From an uncultured Gammaproteobacteria bacterium (GTDB lineage Bacteria; Pseudomonadota; Gammaproteobacteria; CAWCPV01): 64,000 bases of DNA. Positions 40,103-50,802 of this stretch are shown here, in pieces; the stretch's first letter is position 1; each line of letters opens with the position of its first letter. The translations under genes and the position numbers were made by a program. The stretch is from NCBI GenBank assembly GCA_963797555.1, contig CAWCPV010000014.1, positions 96,001-160,000 on the forward strand, given 5' to 3'. The notes beneath the pieces are model-generated. The model ran no database searches and was not told where the DNA came from. It saw only the letters and a list, made by a program, of their open reading frames with translations.

Positions 40103-40450
40103 CTACGCGACCAGCGGGTGAACGGCCTGCCAGTGAGATGGGCGCCGGAGGTCATCCTGCCAGAGAGGTTGCTTTTGGTGTGAGACGAGACTATCGAGAG
40201 GCGAGGGGCGGAACGGACCGTGCCGGGTTAAGCGGCCACCCGGCGGCTATCGAAGGAGGTGTCCTCGTACAGAGTCGGGTAGCAAACCGGCTAATAGCTG
40301 ACCAAGTCCGGGCGAACTGCCGTGACCGCAACGGCCAGACCAGAGGGTCTGGCAGGAAACAGAGGCTCTTCCGACGTAGCCTCGCGGCAGAGGTGATATC
40401 TGAGGCAATGGCTCGGCTGTCGGGACGCGAAGATTGGAGGAGACTGGAGA

Positions 40451-42982
40451 ATGCGCTTTCCAAGACGTACACCCTTGGCCGTAGGCATGGCCGTGACCCT
40501 GGTCAGCGGACTGAGTGCGCCGAGCAGCTTTGCGAAGCCGCTGCCGGGCGGGACGCTAGACCCGCTGACCATCCCGAAGTACGTGACGCCGCTCGTCATC
40601 CCGCCGGTGATGGACAATACGGGCACCGCCAACACTTACGACATCGCGGTGCGGCAGTTCAAGCAGCAGATCCTGCCCGGCGGGATCTGGGCGACGCTGC
40701 CGGGCTGTACGCGCCAGAAGTGCACCTTCCCGGCGACCACGGTGTGGGGCTACGGGCCCAGCGCGGACCCGACGCCTGCGGTGGCGCCGGCGGCCAACTC
40801 GCAGTTCAACTACCCCGCTTACACCATCGAAACCACATCGACCGTACCTGTCAGCGCGCAGTGGCACAATGAACTCGTGGTCAACCCGGATGACTGCTTT
40901 GCCGCCGCGCGTCCGCGGAAGGCGGCGTCCTGCAACTACCTGCCTCACCTGCTGCCGGTCGACCGCTCGCTGCACTGGGCAAACCCAGAGCTACTACCAT
41001 GCATGGACGGTAACACGCCCCCAAATGCGCGGAAGCATACGGATTGCATGCCGGACCCAGCAGATAGTGGAACGCTCCTGCTGCAGCCCTATACCGGGCC
41101 GGTTCCCATGGTCGTTCACGTCCACGGCGCCCATGTGGACGGGAACAGCGACGGCTACCCGGATGCCTGGTGGCTGCCCGCGGCGAACAACATCCCGGCA
41201 GGCTACGCTACCAGCGGCACGCTGTTCTCGGACGCCATCGGCAACAAGACCGGCGCCGAGGGCTATGTCGACTTCCACTACCGCAACGACGGCCCCGCCA
41301 AGACCGACTGGTACCACGACCACAGCCTCGGCATCACCCGCCTCAACGTGTATGCCGGTCCGGCCGGCTTCTGGCTCATCCGCGGCGGGGACTGGGACGG
41401 CGCGACCGTCTATCGGGACGGCGCGACCGTCTATGGGACGAATCGGCCTCAGCCTGCGGTGCTGCCGGGTCCGGCGCCGGCTAGGGGCCAGCGCGTTCTG
41501 GACCTGAATGTTCCGGGAAATGCGGTCCGGAGCAAAATCCGCGAGATCCCGATGGTTATCCAGGACCGCTCGTTCAACGCCAACGGATCGCTCTTCTACC
41601 CGGCGAGCCGCGCCTTCTTCGACGGCTATACGGGGCCGTACGCGGGGTCCAGACCGATCTCCACCGACATCGCCCCGATCTGGAACACCGAGGCCTTCTT
41701 CAACGCCATGGTGGTGAACGGCGTGACTTGGCCGGTGCTGGAGGTGGCGCAGGCCAAGTATCGGTTCCGGCTGTTGGACGGCTGCAACTCGCGTTTCCTG
41801 AACCTGGCCCTGTTCCAGGTGGTCAAGGACAAGAAGAATCCCAAGGCACCCGACAAGCTTGGTGCGGAGCTGCCCTTCTACCAGATCGGTGCCGAGCAGG
41901 GGCAGATGCCCAAGGTGGTGGAGGTCCGCACCGGGTTCGCCACGACGCTGCCGGGTAACGGTACCCTCCCGGTGCCGACCCCGGCAGCCGACCCGGCCCA
42001 GGCCCTGCTGATGGCCTCGGCCGAGCGTGCCGACGTCATCGTGGACTTCAGCGGCCTGCCGAACGGGACCGTGGTGCGCATGATCAACACCGGGCCCGAC
42101 GCCCCCTTCGGCGGCTTCCCGGTCGAGCCCCCGGCCGATCCCTCCACTACCGGCCAAGTCATGCAGTTCGTCGTCAACTCGGCCCTGAACGGCATGAGCC
42201 CGACCGATCCGACGGGCGCCACGCCGGCGACCGCGGTGCAGAACTTGGTGCTGAAGTCCGAGGCCGCCACCAACCCGTTGCCCGCTCCCACCAACACCCG
42301 TCAGGTCTCGCTAAACGAGGAGGTCTCGGGTCAGGTCTGCGTCAAGGTGAACCCGGCCGGCAAGATCAAGGTCCTGCAGGTGCTGCCGCCCCCGCCGCTG
42401 ACCGAGGGCCAGATCCTGGCGGCCTGCGCCGCGGTGAAAGGTGTGCCCATGGGCCCGAAGTCGAACAAGGTCGGCATCGTCGACCTCACGAACACCGCAC
42501 TGCCTGCGGGCATCCCCCTCGACTGGACCGACGAGTCGGGAACCAGCCCGCTGGTGCCGGTGACCTTGACCAGCGGTAGGACCGTCAAGGTGCCGGTTAC
42601 GGAGAACCCCAGGCTGAATGCCGTCGAGGACTGGCAGATCTATAACTTCACCGAGGATGCCCATCCCATACACCTGCATCTGGTGGAGTTCCAGGTCATC
42701 AACCGTGCGGCCATCCCAGGTGTCGTGCCGGCCCCCGTTGTCCCCGTCCCGGCGGTGGCGCCCACCGAGGCGGGATTCAAGGACACGGTGATCGCCTATC
42801 CAGGTCAGATCACCACCATCCGTGCGAAGTTCGACATCGCCGGCCTCTACGTGTGGCACTGCCACATCGTGGAGCATGAGGACAACGAGATGATGCGGCC
42901 CTTCGTGGTGTCGCCACACCGTGGCCGCCGTCGGCCCTGGGCGCAAGATTCACCACACCAACGGAGAACAGCATCCCCATGA
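40451..42982 (+). CDS. Exported multicopper oxidase (CotA/bilirubin oxidase-like)
   Basis: Signal peptide; HVHG, WYHDH, HPIHLH, WHCHIVEHEDNEMM. Confidence 0.95.
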   Translation: MRFPRRTPLAVGMAVTLVSGLSAPSSFAKPLPGGTLDPLTIPKYVTPLVIPPVMDNTGTANTYDIAVRQFKQQILPGGIWATLPGCTRQKCTFPATTVWGYGPSADPTPAVAPAANSQFNYPAYTIETTSTVPVSAQWHNELVVNPDDCFAAARPRKAASCNYLPHLLPVDRSLHWANPELLPCMDGNTPPNARKHTDCMPDPADSGTLLLQPYTGPVPMVVHVHGAHVDGNSDGYPDAWWLPAANNIPAGYATSGTLFSDAIGNKTGAEGYVDFHYRNDGPAKTDWYHDHSLGITRLNVYAGPAGFWLIRGGDWDGATVYRDGATVYGTNRPQPAVLPGPAPARGQRVLDLNVPGNAVRSKIREIPMVIQDRSFNANGSLFYPASRAFFDGYTGPYAGSRPISTDIAPIWNTEAFFNAMVVNGVTWPVLEVAQAKYRFRLLDGCNSRFLNLALFQVVKDKKNPKAPDKLGAELPFYQIGAEQGQMPKVVEVRTGFATTLPGNGTLPVPTPAADPAQALLMASAERADVIVDFSGLPNGTVVRMINTGPDAPFGGFPVEPPADPSTTGQVMQFVVNSALNGMSPTDPTGATPATAVQNLVLKSEAATNPLPAPTNTRQVSLNEEVSGQVCVKVNPAGKIKVLQVLPPPPLTEGQILAACAAVKGVPMGPKSNKVGIVDLTNTALPAGIPLDWTDESGTSPLVPVTLTSGRTVKVPVTENPRLNAVEDWQIYNFTEDAHPIHLHLVEFQVINRAAIPGVVPAPVVPVPAVAPTEAGFKDTVIAYPGQITTIRAKFDIAGLYVWHCHIVEHEDNEMMRPFVVSPHRGRRRPWAQDSPHQRRTASP

Positions 42983-43713
42983 GACATCTGATCATTGCCC
43001 TGAGCGGTGCCGTCCTTTGCGCGGGCGCCTGGGCGGCGGAGGACAAGCCGCTCGATCCGAAGTCCGACACCGACCGCATCAACTACAGCGTCGGCTACCA
43101 GATCGGTGGCGACTTCAAGCGGCAGGGCGTCGAGCTGAGCCCCGAGGCCATTGTCAAGGGCATCCAGGACGCCATCGCCGGCGGTACGCCCTTGATGAGC
43201 CAGGAAGAGATGCGCCAGACCTTGGTGGATCTGAAGCGCAAGATCGTCGCCGAGCAGCAGCAGAAGGCGCGCGAGGATCTGGCCAGTCGGATCGACGAGG
43301 GCAAGGCGTTCTTGGCGGAGAACGCCCAGAAGGACGGGGTGGTCAGCCTGCCGGACGGGCTGCAGTACAAGGTGCTCCAGGAGGGTACCGGAAAGTCCCC
43401 CGGCCCAACCGATACGGTCACCGTCCAATACAAGGGCACCCTGGTGGACGGCACCGAGTTCGACAGCTCCTACCGGGAGGGCAAGCCGATGAGCTTCCAG
43501 CTCAACGGCGTCATCAAGGGCTGGACCGAGGGCCTGCAGCACATGAAGGAGGGTGGGAAGTACCAGCTCTTCATCCCGCCCGCGCTGGCCTACGGGGAGC
43601 ACGGACCGCTGGCGGACCGCACCCTGATCTTCGATGTGGAGCTGGTGTCGGTGGGAGCGAAGGAAGAGCCCAAGGCGGCGGGCGGCAGGACCCGGCCCGC
43701 GGGCCATCCCTAA
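42979..43713 (+). CDS. FKBP-type peptidyl-prolyl isomerase (FkpA/Mip-like)
   Basis: NYSVG, GLQYKVL, YKGTLVDGTEFDSS, VIKGWTEGL, IPPALAYG. Confidence 0.95.
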   Translation: MRHLIIALSGAVLCAGAWAAEDKPLDPKSDTDRINYSVGYQIGGDFKRQGVELSPEAIVKGIQDAIAGGTPLMSQEEMRQTLVDLKRKIVAEQQQKAREDLASRIDEGKAFLAENAQKDGVVSLPDGLQYKVLQEGTGKSPGPTDTVTVQYKGTLVDGTEFDSSYREGKPMSFQLNGVIKGWTEGLQHMKEGGKYQLFIPPALAYGEHGPLADRTLIFDVELVSVGAKEEPKAAGGRTRPAGHP

Positions 43714-43844
43714 GCCCCCTGCAGTCGACCGCAGCCGTTCGCGGCGGAGACGACACCCCCGCGCAGGACCTGCCTCAACCCTTGGCCCCCGACACGGGGC
43801 CGAGGGCCGAAGACGGACCCATTGTTCCAGCACTGCACAAAACT

Positions 43845-45518
43845 ATGCAGCCTAGGCAAGCACTTCGGCGAGCGGGCGGTGTCCTTCTGCGGGCCGCCCT
43901 GGCCTGTATTGGCCTCGACACCGCACTGGCCAGTACGGCAGATCCGCAAACCGAGATCGGCCGCCGGATTCTACGAGGAGGGTCTCCTCCCCGACGGCTC
44001 CCCCCTGCGCGGGATCCGACCGCAGGGTTTCGTCCTGGAGGGCCGGCAGGCGGCCTGCACGACGTGCCATCGTCGCAGCGGCCTAGGGTCGATCGAGGGG
44101 ACGATCCTGGTCCCTCCGGTGGCCGAGCGGCTGCTCTTTGCCCCGGCCCCCTCCTTCGGCTACGTCCTCAATCCGCGCGCGGGCAACGTCCCCAGCGACT
44201 CCTGGGCGCGGGCACTGACCCGCGGTGCCTACGACGAGGAGAGGCTCGCTCGCGCCCTGCGCGAGGGCCTGGACCCCGAAGGCAGGTCGCTTACCGCGCC
44301 CATGCCGCGCTATGCGCTCGACAACGACGCCTTGGCTGCTCTGTCGGCCTATTTGCGCCAGCTCTCCGTCGCTCCGAGCCCAGGCGTCGCGGCGGACGGG
44401 CTGCATCTGGCCACCGTGGTGACACCCGACGCGCCAGCCAGCCACGCAGATGCGGTAACGGGTGTGCTGCGGGCGTGGAGCCGCGACACGCGGAGTTCGG
44501 ACTCGGTCTGGCACCTGGAGGTGTGGACGCTGTCAGGACCGCCGGAGACCTGGACGGAGCAGCTCCAGGCGCGCTATCGCCGGCAGCCGGTTTTCGCCCT
44601 TCTTTCCGGGGCGGGCGGCGCCGAGTGGGCGCCCGTGCATCGCTTCTGCGAGGACGCGCACATCCCATGCATTCTGCCCTCGGTGGATGCGGCGCCCGAG
44701 GTAGGGAAGGACTTCTATTCCCTGTATTTCTCTCCGGGTGTGATTCTGGAGGCAAAGATGCTCGCTGGTTACCTGGATGCGGGGGCGAAGCGGGGGGGGT
44801 CTCGTCCGCCCGTCGTTCAGGTGACCTCGGACCCCTCCGGCCGGCGGGCAGCCGAGACGCTGCGGGTGAGCCTTGGCGGCAGCTCCGAGCCGCCAGCCGA
44901 GCGCCGCTACCGGCTGACGGCGCCGACGGCGGCCCTCAACGGACTGTCCGGGAACGATAATCTTGTGCTCTGGCTGCGTCCCGCCGAGCTTGCACAGCTC
45001 GCTGCGAGCTTCCCGGATGGGCCGCCCGCTGGGCGGGTTTTCCTTTCGAGCCTGCTTGCCCCTCCCGAGGCCGTCCAGCTCCCACCGGCGTGGAAGGCGC
45101 GCGTGACCTACGTATCCCTCTTCGATGACCCCGGCTATCAGGGTGAGATCGCCCGGCTTAGGCTCAAGCGCTGGCTCGACATCGCCGGTCTGCACGCGGG
45201 TCCGAGTCTCCGGGTGGAGGCGGATGCCTACGCCGCCTGCTACCTGTTCTCCGCCGCCCTGTCGCAGATTCGCATACAGCAGCTCCGCTGGCAGGCGATG
45301 CCCTTACGGCGCGAGCATCTGATCGAGACCCTGGAGACGGTGGTGAGCAAGTACAGCGACGGCACCGGCATCGTGGACCCCAACAGCCATGTGGCCTTCT
45401 ACGGGCGCATGAGCCTGGCCCCCAGCAGCGCACCGCCGTGCGCGGCGGCGTGCTCCTGCGCTACGCCTCGCCCGACTCCGACGCCCTGGTTCCGGCGGCA
45501 GGTCGCGTCGTGCGCTGA
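43845..45518 (+). CDS. Exported cytochrome c + periplasmic-binding-like domain protein (frameshifts near 43970 and 45423)
   Basis: Signal peptide from ATG 43845; CTTCH heme motif, PMPRY axial Met; QPVFALLSG; C-terminus continues QRTAVRGGVLLRY to TGA 45518. Confidence 0.75.
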
Positions 45519-45681
45519 CGGCCGAAGGCAGCGCCGGGCAGCACGGATCACGCGAGCAGCAGCTTGCGGCCCAGTGCATCGCCCTGGGCCGGTAGGTCGC
45601 ATCCCCTCGGGCCTGTTTCGCAAGCCTTTGCGATGCCCTCCCTAAAGGGCTCCAAGGCATTGCCCTCATTTCTCCGAAGAC

Positions 45682-46498
45682 CTACTTGCTCGGTTGCGCC
45701 GCGCCCGGCGGCTGGACGGTTGCACGGGGAGCGGCGGGCGCCACTGCCCGCGGCGGCGGGGTGTCGATAGAGACCAGGTCGATCTCGTAGATGAGATCCT
45801 TCTGGCGCAGCATGACGTTGCCCAGAAAGCCCATCTTCGCCGGGACATAGACCCGCCACCGGGCGCCCTCCGGCATCAGCAGCAGAGCGTCCTTGAGCCC
45901 CCGCACCGAGATCGTGGTGATCACCATGCGCGCCGGGCCGCCGTCCGACTCCGTGTTGTCGAACTCGACGCCGTTGGTTAGGGTCCCGCGGTAGCGCACG
46001 GTAACCTTGTCGCCCGGCCGCGGCTGCCGTCCGCTCCCGGCCTTGAGCACCTCGTACTGCACGCCGCTCGGCAGACTGATCACGCCTTTGCGCTTGGCGT
46101 TGAGTGCTCGCCGAAGTCCACGACGAAGGGATGCGGGGCAGATCCCGGTGCGGCCGCTGTCGTCTTGGCCTCCAGCCGCTCAAGAATCGCGCGCATCTCC
46201 TTGGGGGGAAGGCGGGGCGTGGTTCCCGAGAGGGCATCCAGCGCTCCGTGGAAGACCGTCTCGATCCCCACGCCCGTGCCCTGACGCCGGAGCGCGGGAG
46301 ATCGCTGCCGAAGGCGTATCCGACGCTGTAGTTGGCATTGTCCTGCTCCGTTCCGGGGTCGACATCCGTGTCTGCCGCCCATGTGCCGCCCGCGAGGACC
46401 GCGCCGAGGATGACCGCGGCGGTCGTGATCAGACCCGGGAGGCGGGGTGTCGGGCAGCGGTTCGGCCGGATGGTGTGGTTTCGTTGGACTCGGGTCAC
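45682..46498 (-). CDS. Second, divergent FKBP-type PPIase (frameshifts near 46300 and 46110)
   Basis: NANYSVGYAFG; LPSGVQYEVLKAGSG; YRGTLTNGVEFD. Confidence 0.8.
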
Positions 46499-46516
46499 GG
46501 CTGGGTACCTCCCGCC

Positions 46517-47158
46517 TCAGTGGGTGAGCATGCCGCGGGTCTCCTGGACTAGGTCTGCGGCGTTGGCGAAGCCATCGTAGCGCACCCATTGGGCCTTGGG
46601 ATTGGCGTGCAGGAGGGTGAGCGGGGTGTGGTTCATCTTGGCGCCGCGGTAGGCGTCGAATGCCTTCTGCGCGGCGATGCTGTCCTCCAGGCTTCCGGTC
46701 AGGAACGACCATTGGGGGCCGGCGTGGAAGCGCTTGGCATAGGCGGCCAGGGCCTCGGGGGTGTCCTGCTCCGGGTCGATGGAGATGGAGACCATCAGCA
46801 CCCGCCGCGCCTCCTCGCCGAGTCCCGACTGTACCTTCTCGAAGGTCGCGCTCATGACTGGGCAGATGACGGTGCAGGAGGTGTAGATGAAGTTCAGCAG
46901 CACCGGCCGGTCCGTAGCCAGTAGCTCGGGCAGGGAGACCCGTTGTCCGCTCTGGTCGATCAGGGTGACCGCGGGCACCGCGTAGGCGGCGAGGGTCCGA
47001 GTGAACCCCGGGGCGACCTCATGGTGGTAGTGATGGGCATGCTCCCCCTCATGCTCCCCGTGCGCCGCCTCCTCGGCGAGGGCGTTCGGCAGACCGAGGC
47101 AGCAGGTGAGTGCGAGGGCGCTCCGGGCGGACGATAGGAAAAGTTCTCGAAGCGACAC
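46517..47158 (-). CDS. SCO-family copper chaperone with His-rich N-terminus
   Basis: FIYTSCTVICP, SISIDPEQDTP, WSFLTG, MNHT; HGEHEGEHAHHYHH. Confidence 0.93.
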   Translation of the reverse strand: MSLRELFLSSARSALALTCCLGLPNALAEEAAHGEHEGEHAHHYHHEVAPGFTRTLAAYAVPAVTLIDQSGQRVSLPELLATDRPVLLNFIYTSCTVICPVMSATFEKVQSGLGEEARRVLMVSISIDPEQDTPEALAAYAKRFHAGPQWSFLTGSLEDSIAAQKAFDAYRGAKMNHTPLTLLHANPKAQWVRYDGFANAADLVQETRGMLTH

Positions 47159-47419
47159 GATGATCCTCCGTTGGCGATAGCCTGTTTGGTCGGGAAAGCT
47201 GGATCGCCACCGCAGCGGCGCCGGTGCTTTCCCCGGCGGGGCCTGACAATCCAGCGGTGCAATCCTATTGGGCAGACCCCTGCGGATCAAGGGAAGATCG
47301 CTCCTCCGACCTAGCGCCCGCCGCCCGCTGCTCTCGCCAGGAGGCGGTGAACCGCCCACCCGGGGCAATCAGCTCCGCGTGGCTGCGGGTTTCCGCGGCC
47401 CGCACCTCGTCCTCATCGA

Positions 47420-47621
47420 ATGGGCTCCCTGCTCCCATCGCTACAGCGTGACCCCGGAAGGCTTGCAAACAGCGCTCTTCTTCACCCGCGCTCAGGCCCG
47501 GTTCTTCCGGCTCACCTTCGCCCTCGACGGACCCATCGGCCCCGCTCGCGCCTCGCGTGCTTTCGCCCAGGCTAGCCAGGCGGTGGACCGGCTCATCGAA
47601 GAGGTCAATGTCGCCGCTTGA
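47420..47621 (+). mobile_element. C-terminal remnant of a putative transposase (unclassified)
   Basis: LIE...SHRYSVTPEGLQTALFFTR...AVDRLIEEVNVAA* followed by AAATTTGACTCA. Recalled resemblance only. Confidence 0.4.
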
Positions 47622-47960
47622 AAATTTGACTCAAAGATCCAGATTCTATCCCTCTCAAGGACTTCTAGGAGATACCGGAGATAACCGCCATCCGAGCACA
47701 GCCCGCGATGCGTGTCGGCTTAGCGATGCCTCTCTTGGTACACCTCGCGGCAGCACCCCTCGGCAAGGGGCACGGCAGCGTTCACGGCGCTCGCCGGGAA
47801 GCCCCCCACCGCAACCCCCAGCCACCCTCCTTGGGCCGGCTGGGCCGGCCCTCGGGCTGGCTCCGAAAGCCGGTTGTCGTCACTTACCCGCGGCCAGCCG
47901 TAGGAGGCAAGCCCCCGGGCTCCGCGGTTGCCCTGGGCAGTGGCTGAACGGGCGTCCACC

Positions 47961-49089
47961 TCATCCGCCCGAGACGACTAGCTTTTTCGGTCGTCTATCG
48001 AATGCCACGCGCTTTTCCATCTTAGCGGTCATGTAGACGGTGCCCTGGTCATCCACCAGAATGGCCTCTTCGATTCCCATGTGCTCGGCGATGCGGAGCC
48101 ACTCCTTCGGCCCGGCGATGACCAGGGCCGTTGCCGCGGCGTCGGCGATGGCACCGTTGGAGTGGATGACGCTGGCGGAAATGATGTGCTCGGAGGGCAA
48201 GCCGGTGCATGGGTCGACGATGTGCTGGTAGCGCTTTCCCCGGTATTCGCGATAGCGTTCGTAGTTGCCCGAGGTATGCATGGCCTCCTCCTGTGGGCCG
48301 AGCTCGACGACGGCCAGAACGCCGCTGCCTTGGGGAGCGCGGATGCCGATCCGCCAGCGGCGGTCGCCGTGCCGCCCCATGACCTGCAGGCCGCCCCCAG
48401 CATTGAGAATGGCGTTGCGTACCCCCTCCTGGCGCAGCTTGGCCAGAATCACCTGGCCCGCGTAGCCCTTGGCGATCCCGCCGAAGTCGAGCGCCACTTT
48501 GGGATTGCGCGAGCGCACCACATCGCCTTCGAGGTCAACGTCGTCCATGCCGGCGTGCTCTGCCATGACCGCTGCCACCTGCGCGCGGGTCGGCGGCGGA
48601 CCGGTCGGGGGCTCGTCCTGCTGGAAGCCCCAGAGCGCGAACAGGTGCCCGTCGGCCGGATTGAACAGGTGATCACTGCCGCGGTAGGTCTGCTTGGACA
48701 AGCGGATCAGGTCTGCCACATCCGGAGTCACACCGAACGGCTCACCGCGGGCGATGGCAGCGTTCGAGCTCTGTGACCTCGCTAGGCTTCCAGGCATGCC
48801 AGGTGTTATGCATGCGCTGGAGTTCTTTCTCGACCTGGTCCCCGATCTGCTCTGCCCGATGCGGCTCGACCCCCCACAGAGTGAGCGTCACCAGCGTTCC
48901 AAAGACGTAAATGGTGCGCTCGTAGGAGGACTCCGTCGGGGCCGGTGAGCAACCGACCAGCAAGGCCACGAGCATGGCGAGAAGCGGCAGCAAACCGGCC
49001 CGACACTGCGTCCCTCGGCCTCGCCTCTTTGCAAAACAGCCGCCGCGCTGGTCGCGGCGTTCCGCTGGACAAGCGTTGGAGGAACTCAT
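47961..49089 (-). CDS. apbE: FAD:protein FMN transferase lipoprotein (frameshift near 48765)
   Basis: LVGC lipobox, VFGT, LDFGGIAKGY, HTSGNYERY, HIVDP.TG, ADAAATA. Start uncertain. Confidence 0.9.
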
Positions 49090-49305
49090 GGGTGCGGTCA
49101 CCGCTAAGTGGACATTATCTATCGGCAGGCATCTGGAGCCGGTGCGGCTCCGGGCAAACTCATCTGAACGTCGGTCCCTTGGGGACTTGCACCCTACTGG
49201 AGCGCGATGATCTGGCCAGTGGGGACCGGGCACCCGTATTCCCGTGCTGATCATCGCGCCGCAGCTGCGCAAGGAATTCGCGGTGGACCGCGAAGTGCCT
49301 GGCTC

Positions 49306-50392
49306 CGCCTCGATCCGCGTCTCGTCAATGCTGCCGTGATGGCCAAGATCCACACGGTGGAATGGACACCGGCGATGCTGCCCCACCAAGCCGCTAACCT
49401 GGCCCTGAATGCGAACTGGTACGGGCTTGCCACCTTTAACTGTTGCGCCCGCGCAAGGAGCGCAAAACGCGCTCTATCCTTAAGATTCGTCAGCCCGAGG
49501 TGGGGGGAGTGGTGGGCAATCCCATCGATCGGCACGGCTCGGCCTTCGGTCTGCTGCCGGACATCCTGGTGCTGCGGTGCAGCGGGACGGGCGAGGTCAT
49601 GGCGCGGATTCCGCTGGCCGAAACCCGCCAGGCCGGATCGGTGAAGCTCACCCGCGCCGTCGCCATGCAGGACCTGCTTTGCTCCTTCGGCAACCAACAC
49701 CCCGGGCAACTGGTGCTGAACAACTATCCGCGCTTCATGCAGGCGCTGAGCATGCCGGGCAACCCCGTGTTCGATCTCGGCGCCGTGGACATCCTGCGCG
49801 CCCGCGAGCGGGGTGTCCCGCGCTACAACGAGCTGCGCCGCCAGCTCGGCCTGAACCCCATCCGCTCGTTCGAGGACCTGACCTGCGACGCGGAGCGGTT
49901 GGCAGCCCTGAAAGCCGTGTACGGCCACGGGCCGGATGCGCTGGAAGATCTGGATCTGCTCATCGGCACTCTGGCCGAGGACGCTCGGGAGCCGCCGGTG
50001 CGCCCGACGGGCTTCGCCTTCGGCGAGACGCTGTTCCAGATCTTTATCCTCAACGCCACCTGTAGGCTGCATGCCGTCGCTTCTATACCGACTGCTACGA
50101 CGAGGAAACTTACACCGCGGAAGGGTTGGACTGGATCGACGACGCCGATCTGAAAACCGTCATTCTACGCCACTACCCCGCACTCGCCTGCAGCGGGCTA
50201 GCGAACGTAAGCAACGCGTTCGAACACTGGGACACCGGGCCGCGCCTGGACCCGCAGCGGCACCCCCTGCGGGCCTGGGATGCCGACCTGCAACCCGATC
50301 CCTGGACTGGCGACACCTTGCTGGGGTCCTTAGGCGACCGACCCATTGACCACGGGCGTGGGGCCGCCAGAAGCGCGCTGACGGCTCGGTGA
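49306..50392 (+). pseudogene. Heme peroxidase-cyclooxygenase (alpha-dioxygenase-like) remnant
   Basis: RLVNAAVMAKIHTVEWTPA; DLGAVDILRARERGVPRYNELRR; FAFGETLFQIF. N-terminus missing, internal deletion and frameshifts. Confidence 0.8.
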
Positions 50393-50802
50393 TCACCCAT
50401 CTCCAGCTCGCCGAGGTCTCGCTGGCTCTCCCAGTCTGCGCCAGGATCCCATGGACCCTTTGCAGCGGGAAGGCCGCAGCAATGACACCCAGACTGATGA
50501 AGTCGCCGAGCCGAACCCTTCGAAGGAACCGTCAGTCTGCGCGACCACTTCAACGGTCGGCTCCCGACCCTGACCCGCCTGAACGGCCATTCGAGTCGCG
50601 CATTTGTGCGGCGGCAACGGAACTGACATCGGCCGCATCGGCGCTGTCTCTCACCCCGCTGGAGCTGGCCCCCAGTGTGAAGATATCGCCGTGCAGCCAT
50701 CGCGCTGGGGTGTGGACAGCATGGTGAGGGCCCGCAACAGGTGCTGTGAGTACGTCTCGACGTGGGGGCTGAAGAACGACAAACGAGGCAAGGGAGCAGG
50801 CC

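Noticed and set aside
40270-40400. c-di-GMP or cobalamin riboswitch
   Set aside because: Hairpins are present, but the diagnostic conserved motifs could not be matched.
42921-44960. 679-aa ORF
   Set aside because: Alternate frame over the FKBP and cytochrome genes; only its 43845-43970 segment is the true cytochrome N-terminus.
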